The position numbers were made by a program, and so were the translations under genes. A stretch of 23,876 nucleotides of DNA. Source: an archaeon (GTDB lineage: Archaea; Iainarchaeota; Iainarchaeia; Iainarchaeales; CSSED10-239). The DNA lies in contig DAOOON010000003.1 of assembly GCA_035387745.1 (NCBI GenBank), positions 1 through 23,876 of the forward strand, written 5' to 3'. Positions 22,723 to 23,876 of this stretch are shown one piece after another. Numbering within the stretch: the first letter of the stretch is position 1; each line of letters begins with the position of its first letter. The notes beneath the pieces are model-generated. The model made no database searches, was not told the origin of the DNA, and saw nothing but the letters and a program-made list of their open reading frames with translations.

Positions 22723-23876
22723 TTATTGATTTTGTTTTTTATAAATTTCATTTTTTCTTTCTTCAATCATTGTTTGTTCTTCTGGGCTTAACTCGCCTTC
22801 TAAAGCCTCTAGTTTATTAATCATATCAAGGTTAAGAGAAATCTCTAGAACATCTCCCTCCTTGAAGTCTTTAAGATACGTTGCGTCTCCAATTGACACT
22901 GCGACTTCCATATCCTTTTGTGCAATATTAATTTCTTTACCATCTGATTGTATGCCTTCGATTGTTCCTATCTTTTGATCATTTAAACTAACTGCTCCTC
23001 CAGAAATTAATCTGCCTTCTATTATCCTTACGCCAACAACTGCCGGCTTACTGCTTCTAAATATAAAATTTGGAAGCACCTTGAATCTACAAGGGTATAT
23101 TATTTCCTTTAATAATTTATCAAGCTCTTTTTTCTTTGTTTTGCCTAGCCATTCTTGATAGTCTTCAATTAACTTATATATAATATTATTTTTAAATATA
23201 GGGATTTGTAATCTAGTAATCTCATCCTCAAACTCTTGATTTATTTTAACATTAAACAAGAAAAGAACCCCTTGAATCTTATCTTTTTCATTTAATATTT
23301 TTAATTCTGTTAAATCTTTGTTTGTGAATTCACCTATATCTGAACTTGCTATTTTTATACATTCCTTTTCTAATAGTTTGTGTAGGGCCTCAAGAGAACC
23401 AAGAGTGTCTGCTTTAACAAACGCCCCTTCTGAGCCTTTAATAAAACAATTATATGATTTTGTTTTTAGTCTTTCTACTGCTTCTTTATCACTTGCAGAA
23501 ATTATTACTGCGCCAGGCAAACAATCTTCAATTCCTGGAGCCACAACCTTTATTCCTGAAGCCGCATGAATCTCTGAAATATTCTCAAAAATTCCTTTCT
23601 TATCAACCGCAGTCATGAAATTTGGTTTTAGTATTGCTTTTACTTTTGAGTTTTGTAAACCAAATCTTGTTGGAAAAACAATTTCATCTTTTAATTTAAG
23701 ACTGCCTTGATAGACAATGACGTCAGCAGTTGAACCCATTCCTTTAAGATCGCCAATTTCAAGAACTGCCCCGTGCATATAATCGCTTTCTTCAATTGTT
23801 ATTTTTTTGCCTAGAAATTTCTGACTTAAGACTGATAAAAACAAAACAGCTTCTGCTAGACCCCAGCCATTAACAC
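22723..23876 (-). CDS. infB: Translation initiation factor aIF5B, C-terminal part (5' end lies beyond the window)
   Basis: The frame stays open from 23844 to the window edge (...VNGWGLAEAV-LFLSVL...), so the track's 'M' at 23844 is an artefact. Beta-barrel domain II ('GAVLEIGDLKGMGSTADVIVYQGSLKLKD') and domains III-IV match IF2/aIF5B. The GTPase domain is not in the window. Confidence 0.85.
   Translation of the reverse strand, partial: VNGWGLAEAVLFLSVLSQKFLGKKITIEESDYMHGAVLEIGDLKGMGSTADVIVYQGSLKLKDEIVFPTRFGLQNSKVKAILKPNFMTAVDKKGIFENISEIHAASGIKVVAPGIEDCLPGAVIISASDKEAVERLKTKSYNCFIKGSEGAFVKADTLGSLEALHKLLEKECIKIASSDIGEFTNKDLTELKILNEKDKIQGVLFLFNVKINQEFEDEITRLQIPIFKNNIIYKLIEDYQEWLGKTKKKELDKLLKEIIYPCRFKVLPNFIFRSSKPAVVGVRIIEGRLISGGAVSLNDQKIGTIEGIQSDGKEINIAQKDMEVAVSIGDATYLKDFKEGDVLEISLNLDMINKLEALEGELSPEEQTMIEERKNEIYKKQNQ

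Noticed and set aside
23842-23844. The apparent start codon of the 373-aa ORF (the track's 'M').
   Set aside because: The codon is TTG, and the frame remains open upstream to the end of the window. The protein also lacks the aIF5B GTPase domain. The gene is truncated by the window edge rather than starting here.
1-23876. Searched for CRISPR arrays, IS elements or transposases, integrases, toxin-antitoxin pairs and long direct or inverted repeats.
   Set aside because: None were seen. The only repeats are short: the (AT)10 run, the duplicated palindrome at 1396-1451, and the 9-mer repeat at 18547/18573. The PIN protein at 20624..21031 holds the conserved Fcf1-like position in the aIF2-gamma/Rpo7 cluster and has no adjacent antitoxin, so it is not a VapBC module.

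Overview
This is a compact, very AT-rich archaeal chromosomal segment. Genes abut or overlap, internal genes have GGTGA-type ribosome-binding sites, and the informational genes are archaeal/eukaryotic-type. The style resembles a small-genome DPANN/nanoarchaeal-like organism, but that placement is inference only. I support 24 protein-coding genes, 3 tRNAs and several RNA or regulatory candidates.

The right third (19.2-23.9 kb, minus strand) is the conserved archaeal cluster: aIF5B (runs off the window), S6e, aIF2-gamma, Fcf1-like PIN, Rpo7/RpoE', Spt4, S24e, S27ae. Other housekeeping genes are IleRS, thermosome, a Nop2/Sun m5C RNA methyltransferase, geranylgeranyl reductase, an alpha/beta hydrolase, TraB-family, PHP and CPBP proteins.

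No CRISPR array, transposase or integrase was seen, and I cannot name a complete novel 'system'. The observations most worth follow-up are:
- A roughly 190-nt GC-enriched, compensatorily paired candidate structured RNA in a 466-bp gene-free gap (18.2-18.6 kb). It matches no RNA class I can recognise.
- A genomically encoded tRNA-Ile(UAU), uncommon in archaea.
- Two tandem hyper-acidic mini-ORFs just upstream of an extended histone-fold gene.
- A 1200-aa Ig/FN3-repeat, membrane-anchored surface protein.
- An internally duplicated 483-aa membrane protein with a thrice-repeated helical module.
- A duplicated palindromic operator-like motif in front of an AAA-ATPase/nuclease-like gene.
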